Position numbers and translations under genes: made by a program. From Candidatus Arthromitus sp. SFB-rat-Yit (GTDB lineage: Bacteria > Bacillota > Clostridia > Clostridiales > Clostridiaceae), in assembly GCF_000283555.1 (NCBI RefSeq), contig NC_016012.1, forward strand, positions 475,497 through 507,496: a stretch of DNA of 32,000 bases. Direction: 5' to 3'. Positions 1-8,225 of the stretch are shown here, piece after piece. The notes under the pieces are model-generated. The model ran no database searches. It had not been told where the DNA came from and saw nothing but the letters and a program-made list of their open reading frames with translations. Numbering within the stretch: the first letter of the stretch is position 1; each line of letters begins with the position of its first letter.

Positions 1-2850
1 AAATCAAGAGTTTTATTATATGAACATAAGAAAAGTGGAGCTAAGGTTATTCACATAAAGAATAATTCGAAGGTAAAACTTTTTGATATAACATTTAAAG
101 TTCCTACGATTAATAATAAAGGGACTAATCATATTTTGGAGCATATATTTTTTTCGGGGTCTGAGAAATATCCGATTAAAGATGTGTTTCCTGCATTATT
201 TTATTTAAATAATTTGGAATATATAAATGCAGCGACGGACACAAACTATGTTACATATTATGTATCTTCAAGAGATAATAATCAATTAAAGACTATTATT
301 GATTATTATTTAAGTGCTTTATTTTATCCAATAGTGTATAAAGAAGAAAATATTTTTAAACAAGAGGGATGGAGATTTGAACTGGAAGAAATGAATTCTC
401 CATTAAAATTAACTGGAGTTGTTTTAAATGAAATGAAAGGGTATGTTTTTAACAATGAATTTTATAAATCAATTGCAGCTGTAGATAGTTTGTATAAAGG
501 TGCCCCAGGTTCATTTAATGGGGGTGGAGATCCTTATACTATACCAGAATTGACTTTAGAAGAACTTCTAGAATCTCACAAAAAATACTATGTTCCATCA
601 AATTGTTTGGTTATATTATACGGTGATATAAATACAAATGAGGTCCTTAAATTTATGGATAAGGAGCATTTTAGTTTACACGATAGGAAAGAGAAGATTC
701 AAGAATATAATATTAATGAAAATATTAATGAAAAGGTTTATATGAATTTGAAGTATCCCGTGCCAGAGAAAGAAAATAGATACAATAAACATATTTTTGT
801 TAACTCTTTTGCTACAGGAAATATTAACGATGTTAAAGAAAGTTTTGCAATTAAGTTTTTAGTTTCTATGATGGGTGCAGAATTTTCAGGAATAGAAAAA
901 CGATTTAATGAAATGAATATTGGAACGGATTTTTCAATTGATTTTAGAAATGTTGGATCGAAACAATCTTATGTAATGTTCTCTGCTAATTCGGAGAAAG
1001 AACTTGGTGCAGAATTTGAAAAATTCATTTATAAAGAGCTTGAGCATTTTAGGGATAATATTTTAAATGAAGAGTATATTGAAAATTATTATAATATAAC
1101 GAAAAATATTATAAATAAGAAAATAACAGATACACCAGATAGTCTTGTTATGTGGAATATAATAAATGCTTGGTCATCTGGTGGAGATATTATAGATAGC
1201 GTAAGATTTAATGAAAATTTGGAGTATTTAAAAGAGTATGGAGTAGAAGATTTTATCAATATACTTGATATGCATTTTATTAATAACAGACATTCATCGC
1301 TTGTAATACTAGAGCCTGATTTCGGTATAATTGAGGAAAAAGAAAGAATTTTAAGAGAAGGTCTTAACAATTATAAAGAGTCTATGAGTGAAAATGAAAA
1401 AGTTAATTTAATTAACGAAACGAATGAATTTAATTCATGGATTGAACAAGAAGATTCTATGGTTGTGCTTGAAAAATTATCTAACCCATTTAAAAATGAA
1501 CATGATAAACTTGGTGACGCTAAAATTCAGAGTAAAAATGGAATTTATGAATATGTATGGGGAAAAATTTCTGAAAATGATTTTATAAATGTATCTCTCA
1601 ATTTTGATTCACGAACAGTTCCTAAAAGTAAAGTTCATTACTTAGCTTTATTTTCTGATTTAATGAAAGAAGGATTTGGAAGCTTTGATAAGACAAATAT
1701 AGAGCTTATGAGCGATATTAAGCAGACCTTATTTAACCTTAATATAACGTTAGAGGAAAATTTAAATTGTTTTGATGGGAATATTTATAATCCAACCTTT
1801 AAGATATCATTTGATACGAACAAAAATAATTTGGATAAGTCCATAAAATTATTAAATGAGCTTATAAATAATATAAATTTTAAAAATGTTGATCTGTTAC
1901 AAAATAATTTTAATAAGTTGAAGTACTATTATGAATCGAATTTAATTAATCCTAGCATAGTTTATTATGAAATCGATGGTTCAAATTATGATGGTGGTAA
2001 GTATAAAAATTATACGAAAGGATTACCTTATGTAAAATTTTTAATTAATATATTTGGGAAATATGGAGAAGATCATAATTATATACATACTATAAACAAG
2101 GAAATACAAAATGTTAGCAATATAGTATTTAATATAAATAATTTAAAAATTGGTGTGGTTGCAAATAACGATAATTATAAACTCGTTAAAAAGAATTTAG
2201 AGGCAAATTTACTTTGTAATTTAAATAATAGTGTAAATAGAAAATATAAATACAAATTTGATGCAGTTAGAGAAAGAATATCAATAAAAGCTCCATCCAC
2301 AAATGTAACATTGTATGCACTTTTAAATTTTAAAGCTAGCGGTAGAAATTACACACCTAAGTTTTTGGTCGCAGAATCAATTTTAGGGGAATATCTCTAT
2401 AGAAATATAAGAGTTAAGAATGGTGCATATCAAGTTAATTCATTAGCTACAACTCAAGGAACATTTGCAGTTGTTGCAGGATTTTCTCCAGTTTTGAAAG
2501 AACAAATAAGAGTTATAAATAATATAGGCAATTATTTAAGTGAGATAGATATAAGTGAATCTTTGCTTGAAAAATATAAAACTATAACAATTTCATCTCT
2601 TGCAACCAGCTGTGATGAAATTGATAGGGCAAAGACTGAAGTACATAATTATTTAACAGGAATGAAAAAGAAAGATTTTAAAAATATGATAGATGAAATT
2701 AAATCAACAACAATTCAGGATATTAAGAGTATTGGGAAAACTATCTCAGATATCGGATTTAATAAGATAGGTGTATTTGGGAATGTAAATATAATAGAAG
2801 ATAGTAGCAAAAATTTTAGCAATATATTTACTTTACCAATTAAAGAATAA
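1..2850 (+). CDS. M16C insulinase-like zinc metallopeptidase (presequence-protease/PreP-like), 5' truncated by window edge
   Basis: Frame 1 is open from base 1: KSRVLLYEHKKSGAKVIHIKNN...FKVPTINNKGTNHILEHIFFSGSEKYPIKDVF. HILEH is the inverted HxxEH zinc motif, with downstream NEMKG and GGGDPYTIPELTLEELLESHKKYYVPSN typical of M16C. The ORF-track start at 136 is a TTG inside the zinc motif, so it is not the real start. Confidence 0.9.
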   Translation, partial: KSRVLLYEHKKSGAKVIHIKNNSKVKLFDITFKVPTINNKGTNHILEHIFFSGSEKYPIKDVFPALFYLNNLEYINAATDTNYVTYYVSSRDNNQLKTIIDYYLSALFYPIVYKEENIFKQEGWRFELEEMNSPLKLTGVVLNEMKGYVFNNEFYKSIAAVDSLYKGAPGSFNGGGDPYTIPELTLEELLESHKKYYVPSNCLVILYGDINTNEVLKFMDKEHFSLHDRKEKIQEYNINENINEKVYMNLKYPVPEKENRYNKHIFVNSFATGNINDVKESFAIKFLVSMMGAEFSGIEKRFNEMNIGTDFSIDFRNVGSKQSYVMFSANSEKELGAEFEKFIYKELEHFRDNILNEEYIENYYNITKNIINKKITDTPDSLVMWNIINAWSSGGDIIDSVRFNENLEYLKEYGVEDFINILDMHFINNRHSSLVILEPDFGIIEEKERILREGLNNYKESMSENEKVNLINETNEFNSWIEQEDSMVVLEKLSNPFKNEHDKLGDAKIQSKNGIYEYVWGKISENDFINVSLNFDSRTVPKSKVHYLALFSDLMKEGFGSFDKTNIELMSDIKQTLFNLNITLEENLNCFDGNIYNPTFKISFDTNKNNLDKSIKLLNELINNINFKNVDLLQNNFNKLKYYYESNLINPSIVYYEIDGSNYDGGKYKNYTKGLPYVKFLINIFGKYGEDHNYIHTINKEIQNVSNIVFNINNLKIGVVANNDNYKLVKKNLEANLLCNLNNSVNRKYKYKFDAVRERISIKAPSTNVTLYALLNFKASGRNYTPKFLVAESILGEYLYRNIRVKNGAYQVNSLATTQGTFAVVAGFSPVLKEQIRVINNIGNYLSEIDISESLLEKYKTITISSLATSCDEIDRAKTEVHNYLTGMKKKDFKNMIDEIKSTTIQDIKSIGKTISDIGFNKIGVFGNVNIIEDSSKNFSNIFTLPIKE

Positions 2851-2854
2851 TTTT

Positions 2855-2887
2855 AAGGCATATCAAGTTAATTTGATATGCCTTTTT
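2855..2887 (+). terminator. Rho-independent terminator
   Basis: AAGGCATATCAA (2855-2866) pairs with TTGATATGCCTT (2873-2884), followed by a T-rich tract. Confidence 0.85.
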
Positions 2888-2905
2888 ATTTGTATTTAAC
2901 AAGTA

Positions 2906-2933
2906 ACAATTAATATTAAATTTTCATATAGTA
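2906..2933 (+). promoter_or_regulatory. Putative sigma-K-type mother-cell promoter upstream of the CotS-like operon
   Basis: AC (2906-2907), then 17 nt, then CATATAGTA (2925-2933), matching the sigma-K pattern AC-N16/17-CATANNNTA. It lies about 30 nt before the ATG at 2965. Confidence 0.45.
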
Positions 2934-2964
2934 ATCATGTACTTAAATTGTAGAGAGGCTATTC

Positions 2965-3969
2965 ATGGATCAATATGTAAGAGATTTGAAGAGAGTAGTA
3001 GAGGTAAATTATGACATAACAATATTTGATATAATTAAATTTAAAAATGTTTATAAAATATCGGCTGTTGAAGGGAATTTTTGTTTAAAACAATGTAAAT
3101 GTAAATTTGATAAATTTAAATATATATTGGATGTTCTTGATTATTTGAAAAAACAGGAATTTGATAATATTTTAAGTATAGTTGAAACATATTCAGAGGA
3201 ACAATACATTGAGTTTAATGATGTTTATTTTTACATGACCGAATGGATCGAAAGTCGGGAATTAAATTATAGTAACTATTATGATATTATACGTGCATCA
3301 CAAAATATTGGTAATTTTCATAATTATACACAAGGATATAAACCATCGAAAAATATTTTACCAGATTATAGGTGGATGAAGTGGGGAGACATATTCAATT
3401 TAAAGCTTATGGATATTATTTCATTTAAAGAATCTTTGAAATATAGAAGTGATTTGGATATATTTGATAGGATTTATTTAGAAAATGCAGATAAGAATAT
3501 TGATTTAGCAAAGGAAAGCATTGAACTATTATATAAATTTGAGTATGAAAAAATTGTAAAAGAACATTTTGAGATAGGTTATATTTGTCACCATGATTTG
3601 GCAAATCATAATGTTTTAATTGATTCAAAAGGGAAAATTTATTTTATAGATTTTGATTATGTTATTTTAGATACCTATCTTCATGATTTAGGAAGTTTTA
3701 TTAATCGATGCTTAAAGCTTGGGAGTTGGAATGAATATAAACTAAATTTGATAATTAATTCTTATAGGGATATTAAACGTTTACCTAAACGTGAAATTTT
3801 ACTTACACTTTCTTTTATATTATTTCCAAATGACTTTTGGCAAATAGGAATTCAACGTTATAGAGAAAATATTAGATGGAGTGATGAAAGGTTTTTAAAG
3901 CGTTTGAATAGATCCGAAAATGATAAGCAAGACAAGACGAATTTTATAAAAAGTATAATTTTTAAATAG
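2965..3969 (+). CDS. CotS-family spore coat protein (aminoglycoside/choline-kinase-like fold), catalytic motifs intact
   Basis: Catalytic loop HHDLANHNVLID, DFG-like IDFDY, HDLGSF, FHNYTQGYKPSKN and WMKWGD segments typical of CotS-like proteins. SD-like agagagg. Confidence 0.82.
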   Translation: MDQYVRDLKRVVEVNYDITIFDIIKFKNVYKISAVEGNFCLKQCKCKFDKFKYILDVLDYLKKQEFDNILSIVETYSEEQYIEFNDVYFYMTEWIESRELNYSNYYDIIRASQNIGNFHNYTQGYKPSKNILPDYRWMKWGDIFNLKLMDIISFKESLKYRSDLDIFDRIYLENADKNIDLAKESIELLYKFEYEKIVKEHFEIGYICHHDLANHNVLIDSKGKIYFIDFDYVILDTYLHDLGSFINRCLKLGSWNEYKLNLIINSYRDIKRLPKREILLTLSFILFPNDFWQIGIQRYRENIRWSDERFLKRLNRSENDKQDKTNFIKSIIFK

Positions 3970-3985
3970 TTGTGTAGGAGTTCTT

Positions 3986-4714
3986 ATGAGTTTAAAAAGT
4001 TTTGCTATCTCAAAAAAGGTATATGAATTTAAAGAACTTGGGAAAAACAGGATTAGGAGTTATACAAATGGTGCCATTTTTGAGCATATTAACATACTTT
4101 CTGATTTACATGGGCGTTTGAAAGGTTGTCCAATACCGTTGAATAATTTGGTTAATAAAATGGTAGATAATTTTAAATTTGCTGAAATTATGTTAAATCA
4201 AGACATAAACAGGTATAAGATTAATCCTAAAAATGAATTTGAAGAAAATGTATCACAACTTGGTGAAGGTGTACTTTTTAGGATAAGAAGGATACTTAGT
4301 ATAATACATGAAAATAATTATGAAAACCTCATTTTAAGGAGTATGAAAAATAAAGAAGTGTGTGTTTATAATGTTGGACTTAGCGATCTTTATGTTGATT
4401 CAGATTCCAAAATATATGTTAGAAATATAAATGATTTTTGTGAAAATATTGTAGAGTATGATTATGTTAAATTTTTTACTAGACTTAAAAGATTGAACAA
4501 GGATGTTGAATTTATTAAAATGTGTTCTTATGTTTGTAGTAAAGAAGATTTAGGAATTGACAGCTATAATTTTATATTGGCTTGTACAAGTTTTCCTTAT
4601 GAGTTTGTGAGAGTTATATCAAGATATAGGGATTTGGGGCGAGAATTATCTAATTACTCTAAAGAATGCAATTTTGATAATGTTTTAAGTAAAGATGGAG
4701 ATAGTCTTATATGA
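3986..4714 (+). CDS. Degenerate CotS-like protein (C-lobe-only pseudokinase)
   Basis: SDLHGRLKG aligns with the NFHNYTQG segment of the upstream paralog. CVYNVGLSDLYVDSDSKIYVRNINDF aligns with CHHDLANHNVLIDSKGKIYFIDFDY but lacks H/D/N. No N-lobe-like segment. Stop overlaps the next start (ATGA at 4711). Confidence 0.55.
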   Translation: MSLKSFAISKKVYEFKELGKNRIRSYTNGAIFEHINILSDLHGRLKGCPIPLNNLVNKMVDNFKFAEIMLNQDINRYKINPKNEFEENVSQLGEGVLFRIRRILSIIHENNYENLILRSMKNKEVCVYNVGLSDLYVDSDSKIYVRNINDFCENIVEYDYVKFFTRLKRLNKDVEFIKMCSYVCSKEDLGIDSYNFILACTSFPYEFVRVISRYRDLGRELSNYSKECNFDNVLSKDGDSLI

Positions 4715-5757
4715 TTAATCCTAATTTTTGTATTTTAAATTTGAATGAATATAATTTATCTTATGATTTTTTGAAAATTGTTGTTGGGATAGATGTAAGT
4801 GAATGTTATCCATACAAAAATGGATTTTTTATGGTTGATCAGAATGGAAATAAATATTTACTCTTTAAAATTTTTAAGGAAGATGTGGGAAAATACATTC
4901 AAATATTTGAGGTTTTGAAAAATATAAATTCTTCAAACAAATTGATTCAAGATATGTATTGTTTTAATGGGAAAAAATATTTTACAGATAACATTACAAA
5001 TGAAGATTATATTGTTTTTAATTATCCAAATGGAGAACATAATAAATGGAATGATTTTGATTTTAATTTAATCAAAGAAATTTTAATTGATTTTTATAAT
5101 GCATCTAGGGACATTTTGAAAGATTATTATAATTTCAATTTAAAAGAAGATGTAAAATTATTGACCATAGGTGATGAGATAAAATATATAGATAATCATC
5201 TTTTAAATATACAAAATATAGAGATGTTTATTTTGTACAAGCACAGAAAAAATAAGATTGATAATTTGTTTTTAGAAAATAAGATTTATATGGAAGATGA
5301 GCTTATAAAAATTAGGGAGTTTTTTACTAGTTATAAATTTAAGAATTATGTAAGTGATTATAAAAATATAAGATTTATAAATGGAAATCTATCAAATAAA
5401 TCTTTTGTATTTAATGACGGAAAGTGTTATATGGCAAACTTCTATAATGCTTCTATTGATTTGTTTGTTAAAGATATAGCTGTGTTATCTGAAAAGGTAA
5501 TTTTTAATTTTAATATAGATAGATTCAAAACATTTCTTATAGATTTCTTAAATAATTTTGAAGGAGATATTAAAGAACATTTAGAGGTATTATTTAATTA
5601 TATAAAACTCAATAACCGTATGTTTAAGTGGTTTGATAACCAATATAAAGATGATTATCATAATAGTAATAATTCTGATTTGGATAATAAAATGCAAGAA
5701 ATAAGTGATTACAAACAAAAAAGAAATTATTTTATAAATAAAGTATCCTTCACTTAG
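4711..5757 (+). CDS. Divergent CotS-like protein (full-length pseudokinase candidate)
   Basis: Length and layout resemble CotS proteins (N-lobe-like YLLFKIFKEDVGKYIQIFEVLKNI; loop-like INGNLSNKSFVFNDGKCYMANFY). Translationally coupled to the preceding gene. Confidence 0.6.
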   Translation: MINPNFCILNLNEYNLSYDFLKIVVGIDVSECYPYKNGFFMVDQNGNKYLLFKIFKEDVGKYIQIFEVLKNINSSNKLIQDMYCFNGKKYFTDNITNEDYIVFNYPNGEHNKWNDFDFNLIKEILIDFYNASRDILKDYYNFNLKEDVKLLTIGDEIKYIDNHLLNIQNIEMFILYKHRKNKIDNLFLENKIYMEDELIKIREFFTSYKFKNYVSDYKNIRFINGNLSNKSFVFNDGKCYMANFYNASIDLFVKDIAVLSEKVIFNFNIDRFKTFLIDFLNNFEGDIKEHLEVLFNYIKLNNRMFKWFDNQYKDDYHNSNNSDLDNKMQEISDYKQKRNYFINKVSFT

Positions 5758-5772
5758 AGTGAAGGATACTTT
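5740..5772. terminator. Bidirectional intrinsic terminator overlapping both convergent CDS ends
   Basis: AAAGTATCCTTCACT (5740-5754), loop TAG, AGTGAAGGATACTTT (5758-5772): a perfect 15-bp stem. The loop is the stop codon of the + gene, and the distal arm touches the stop of the - gene. Confidence 0.8.
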
Positions 5773-6241
5773 ATAGTTTTTTATCGTTTATAATATGTTC
5801 CAAAATAGAATCACATCCAGCCTTAATAAGCTCGAAGGTTAAATTAAAATCTCCAGTATAATAAGGGTCAGGAACAAAATTATGAGATGAATTTTTGATA
5901 AAATCTGTTAACTTATGTATTTTTATGTTAGGATTTATATTTGTTACATCACGCATATTTGAATCATCCATAACAATTATATAATCGTTTGTACTTAAAT
6001 CTTTTTCTGTAAGTTTTTTAGATATGATATTTGAAAAATCTATATTTAATTTATTAAGGATTGTTTGAGTTCCATGATGAGGGGGATTACCTACGTTATA
6101 ACTAGATGTAGCTCTAGATGATACGTTGATTTTATCACTAAGATTATTTTGTTTAATGATATGTCTCATATAAGCTTCACTCATTGGAGATCTACAAATA
6201 TTACCTAAACATATAAATAAAACATTGACCAAATTAATCAC
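5771..6241 (-). CDS. Low molecular weight protein-tyrosine phosphatase
   Basis: P-loop CLGNICRSPMSEA near the N-terminus and DPYYTGDF general-acid motif. Start may be the TTG at 6232 (MVNVLFICLG), which has a GAGGTG SD. Confidence 0.92.
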   Translation of the reverse strand: MINLVNVLFICLGNICRSPMSEAYMRHIIKQNNLSDKINVSSRATSSYNVGNPPHHGTQTILNKLNIDFSNIISKKLTEKDLSTNDYIIVMDDSNMRDVTNINPNIKIHKLTDFIKNSSHNFVPDPYYTGDFNLTFELIKAGCDSILEHIINDKKL

Positions 6242-6380
6242 CTCAAATATAATTTTCTTATGATTATAACATAATTACAAATGAGTATTGGGTTTTTATT
6301 ATTATGTTTGTATAAAATTAAGTATAGACTCAAATACTAATTATTAATATTATAATCAGTAATAGAGGTGATGGTAGAAA

Positions 6381-7205
6381 GTGTACATATATTCACATTT
6401 AAATATAACGGATGTTTTAGAAATAATTAGAAAAGTAAATCCCGTAAAGATATTAGACGTTAATGTTGGTTTTGGACGTTGGGGAATTTTATGCCGAGAA
6501 TTATTAGAGCGAGATAACATGGGAAAGGTTCGAAGACCTGACTTATGGAATATTAAAATAGATGGGATAGAAAATATTACTAGTTCTTATATACAAACTT
6601 ATCATGATATTTTCTATGATAATATATATAGGCAAGATTTAGAGGGGTTTTTAAAAAATCACTTAGCTTTATATGATTTGACTATCTTTTCACACGTATT
6701 GGAATATAGATCAAGAGAAGAAAGTATAAGAATGTTAAGTAATGCAATGGGAATATCAAGATTTATATTGATCTATGTTAAACTTGGAAAACACAATAAA
6801 CAATATACACCAGATGAAATACAAGTTAGTGTATGGGAAAAAGAAGATTTTGAAGGGTATGATGTTGTTAATAATATAATTTTAAATGATAGATATGGGA
6901 ATAAATATGGAATTTTTTTAATTGAGTGTAATACGATTAAGCGTATATATAATAAAAATGTTGTGATATATGGAATTGATGAGTATTTTGATTTATGTGT
7001 TAAGCCATTCATAGATGAAAATAAAATTATATGCTTTATGGAAGAAAATGTTTTTAAACAAGGACTCTTTCATATGGGGAAGATAATTCATACTATAAAG
7101 GGAGTTAAAAAAATAAAGGATGATTTTATAATAATAATAGCTAGCGTGTTTTATAGAGATATAAAAAAGAAGCTTGAAGCAGCTAGTTTATACAATTTTA
7201 TATAA
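6381..7205 (+). CDS. Class I SAM-dependent methyltransferase-like protein
   Basis: VKILDVNVGFGRWGILCRELLE resembles motif I (VLDxGxGFGxWG). GTG start with GAGGTG SD. Second Rossmann-like segment NKNVVIYGIDEYFDLCVKPFI. Confidence 0.55.
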   Translation: MYIYSHLNITDVLEIIRKVNPVKILDVNVGFGRWGILCRELLERDNMGKVRRPDLWNIKIDGIENITSSYIQTYHDIFYDNIYRQDLEGFLKNHLALYDLTIFSHVLEYRSREESIRMLSNAMGISRFILIYVKLGKHNKQYTPDEIQVSVWEKEDFEGYDVVNNIILNDRYGNKYGIFLIECNTIKRIYNKNVVIYGIDEYFDLCVKPFIDENKIICFMEENVFKQGLFHMGKIIHTIKGVKKIKDDFIIIIASVFYRDIKKKLEAASLYNFI

Positions 7206-7223
7206 TTGTGGTATTTGATTTTG

Positions 7224-7260
7224 ACACAGGATTTAATTCTTGTGTTTTATTATTTTTTTT
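7224..7260 (+). terminator. Probable intrinsic terminator
   Basis: ACACAGGA / TCTTGTGT stem (one G-U pair), 6-nt loop, then a TTTATTATTTTTTTT tract. Confidence 0.5.
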
Positions 7261-7367
7261 GTGATTTATGTTTTACAAATAAATATTTTAAATAATGTTG
7301 TAAATTGGTTAAAGTTTTAATAAAGAATAACATCTATTAAATTATTTGTTTGAGGGAGATTAATATT

Positions 7368-7922
7368 ATGGTTGATTTAAGTACAGAGGTAATTACTGGA
7401 AGAGTTTGTTTTGATGATGTAAATATTTGGAAAGATAAGGCTATTAATGTAGACAATTTTGAATATTCAGTGTGCTTATTAATACCCAAATCAGATGGTA
7501 AGACATTAAGTGATATTAGAAAAGCTATAGAAAATGCAAAAAAAATAGGAATAAATATTTTAGATAATAAATTGAATTTAAATATTGAAAGTCCGTTAAA
7601 AGATGGACTTGAGAAATCTAAAGATGAAATTTATAAAGGTTGTTATTTTATAAATGCCATTAACATCAACCAGCCAGTTATATTGGATAAATTTAATAAA
7701 CCAATTAATAATAAAGAAGAATTTTATAATGGATGTTATGGATATGCTTCAATTAATTTTTACGCTTTTAATGATAATGTGAATAAGGGTATAACATGTA
7801 AAATCAATACTATTATAAAGACTGATGATGGAGATTTACAGAATAATAAGTTAAATGATTTGGTAGATATGTCTTGTATAGAAGCTATAAAATTAGAGGG
7901 TAGTGGAAGTTTTATGGTTTAG
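7368..7922 (+). CDS. DUF2815 family protein (phage-type, single-stranded-DNA-binding-like)
   Basis: GRVCFDDVNIWKDKAIN..YSVCLLIPKSDGKTLSDIRKAI, then PLKDGLEKSKDEIYKGCYFINA and EFYNGCYGYASINFYAFNDNVNKGITCKINTI match the DUF2815 pattern. ATG at 7368 has GAGGGAG SD, so it is preferred over the TTG at 7350. Confidence 0.8.
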   Translation: MVDLSTEVITGRVCFDDVNIWKDKAINVDNFEYSVCLLIPKSDGKTLSDIRKAIENAKKIGINILDNKLNLNIESPLKDGLEKSKDEIYKGCYFINAININQPVILDKFNKPINNKEEFYNGCYGYASINFYAFNDNVNKGITCKINTIIKTDDGDLQNNKLNDLVDMSCIEAIKLEGSGSFMV

Positions 7923-7989
7923 TTAAATTATAAAGTTTAAGGATAATATTAAGTTTTGAGATTTTGAAATTTGTTTGTTACGAGTATCT

Positions 7990-8024
7990 AATAGGGTAAA
8001 TCTAAGAGATTTACCCTATTTTTC
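7990..8024 (+). terminator. Rho-independent terminator
   Basis: AATAGGGTAAATCT (7990-8003), loop AAG, AGATTTACCCTATT (8007-8020), T-rich tail: a perfect 14-bp stem. Confidence 0.85.
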
Positions 8025-8225
8025 TGTAAAAAGATACAATAATATTAAGATAATATTATTAAAAGATACTATTTTTTAATATTTAAGCATTAAAAGATAT
8101 TAATTTTTAATAATTTCTTAAATAGAAATTACTATTTCAAAAATTTATATGGATATATAATTAAAACATCAAGTAGGACAAACAAAATTTAAAAATAAGA
8201 AATAAAAGTTTAGGAGATGTTTAAT

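Noticed and set aside
1089-1370. Minus-strand ORF inside the M16C gene (and similar antisense ORFs such as 3425-3628, 6773-7012, 10502-10792, 11141-11371, 13195-13419, 13967-14339)
   Set aside because: All lie antisense to well-supported genes, have low-complexity Ser/Ile/Phe-rich translations typical of the reverse of AT-rich coding DNA, and no recognisable domains.
7221-7253. Sigma-A promoter TTGACA...TATTAT upstream of the DUF2815 gene
   Set aside because: The spacing is 21 nt, too long for a canonical promoter. The region is better explained as a weak intrinsic terminator.
7206-8225. Prophage or genomic island around the DUF2815 gene
   Set aside because: No integrase, terminase, capsid, tail or other replication gene, and no tRNA or att-like repeat was seen nearby.
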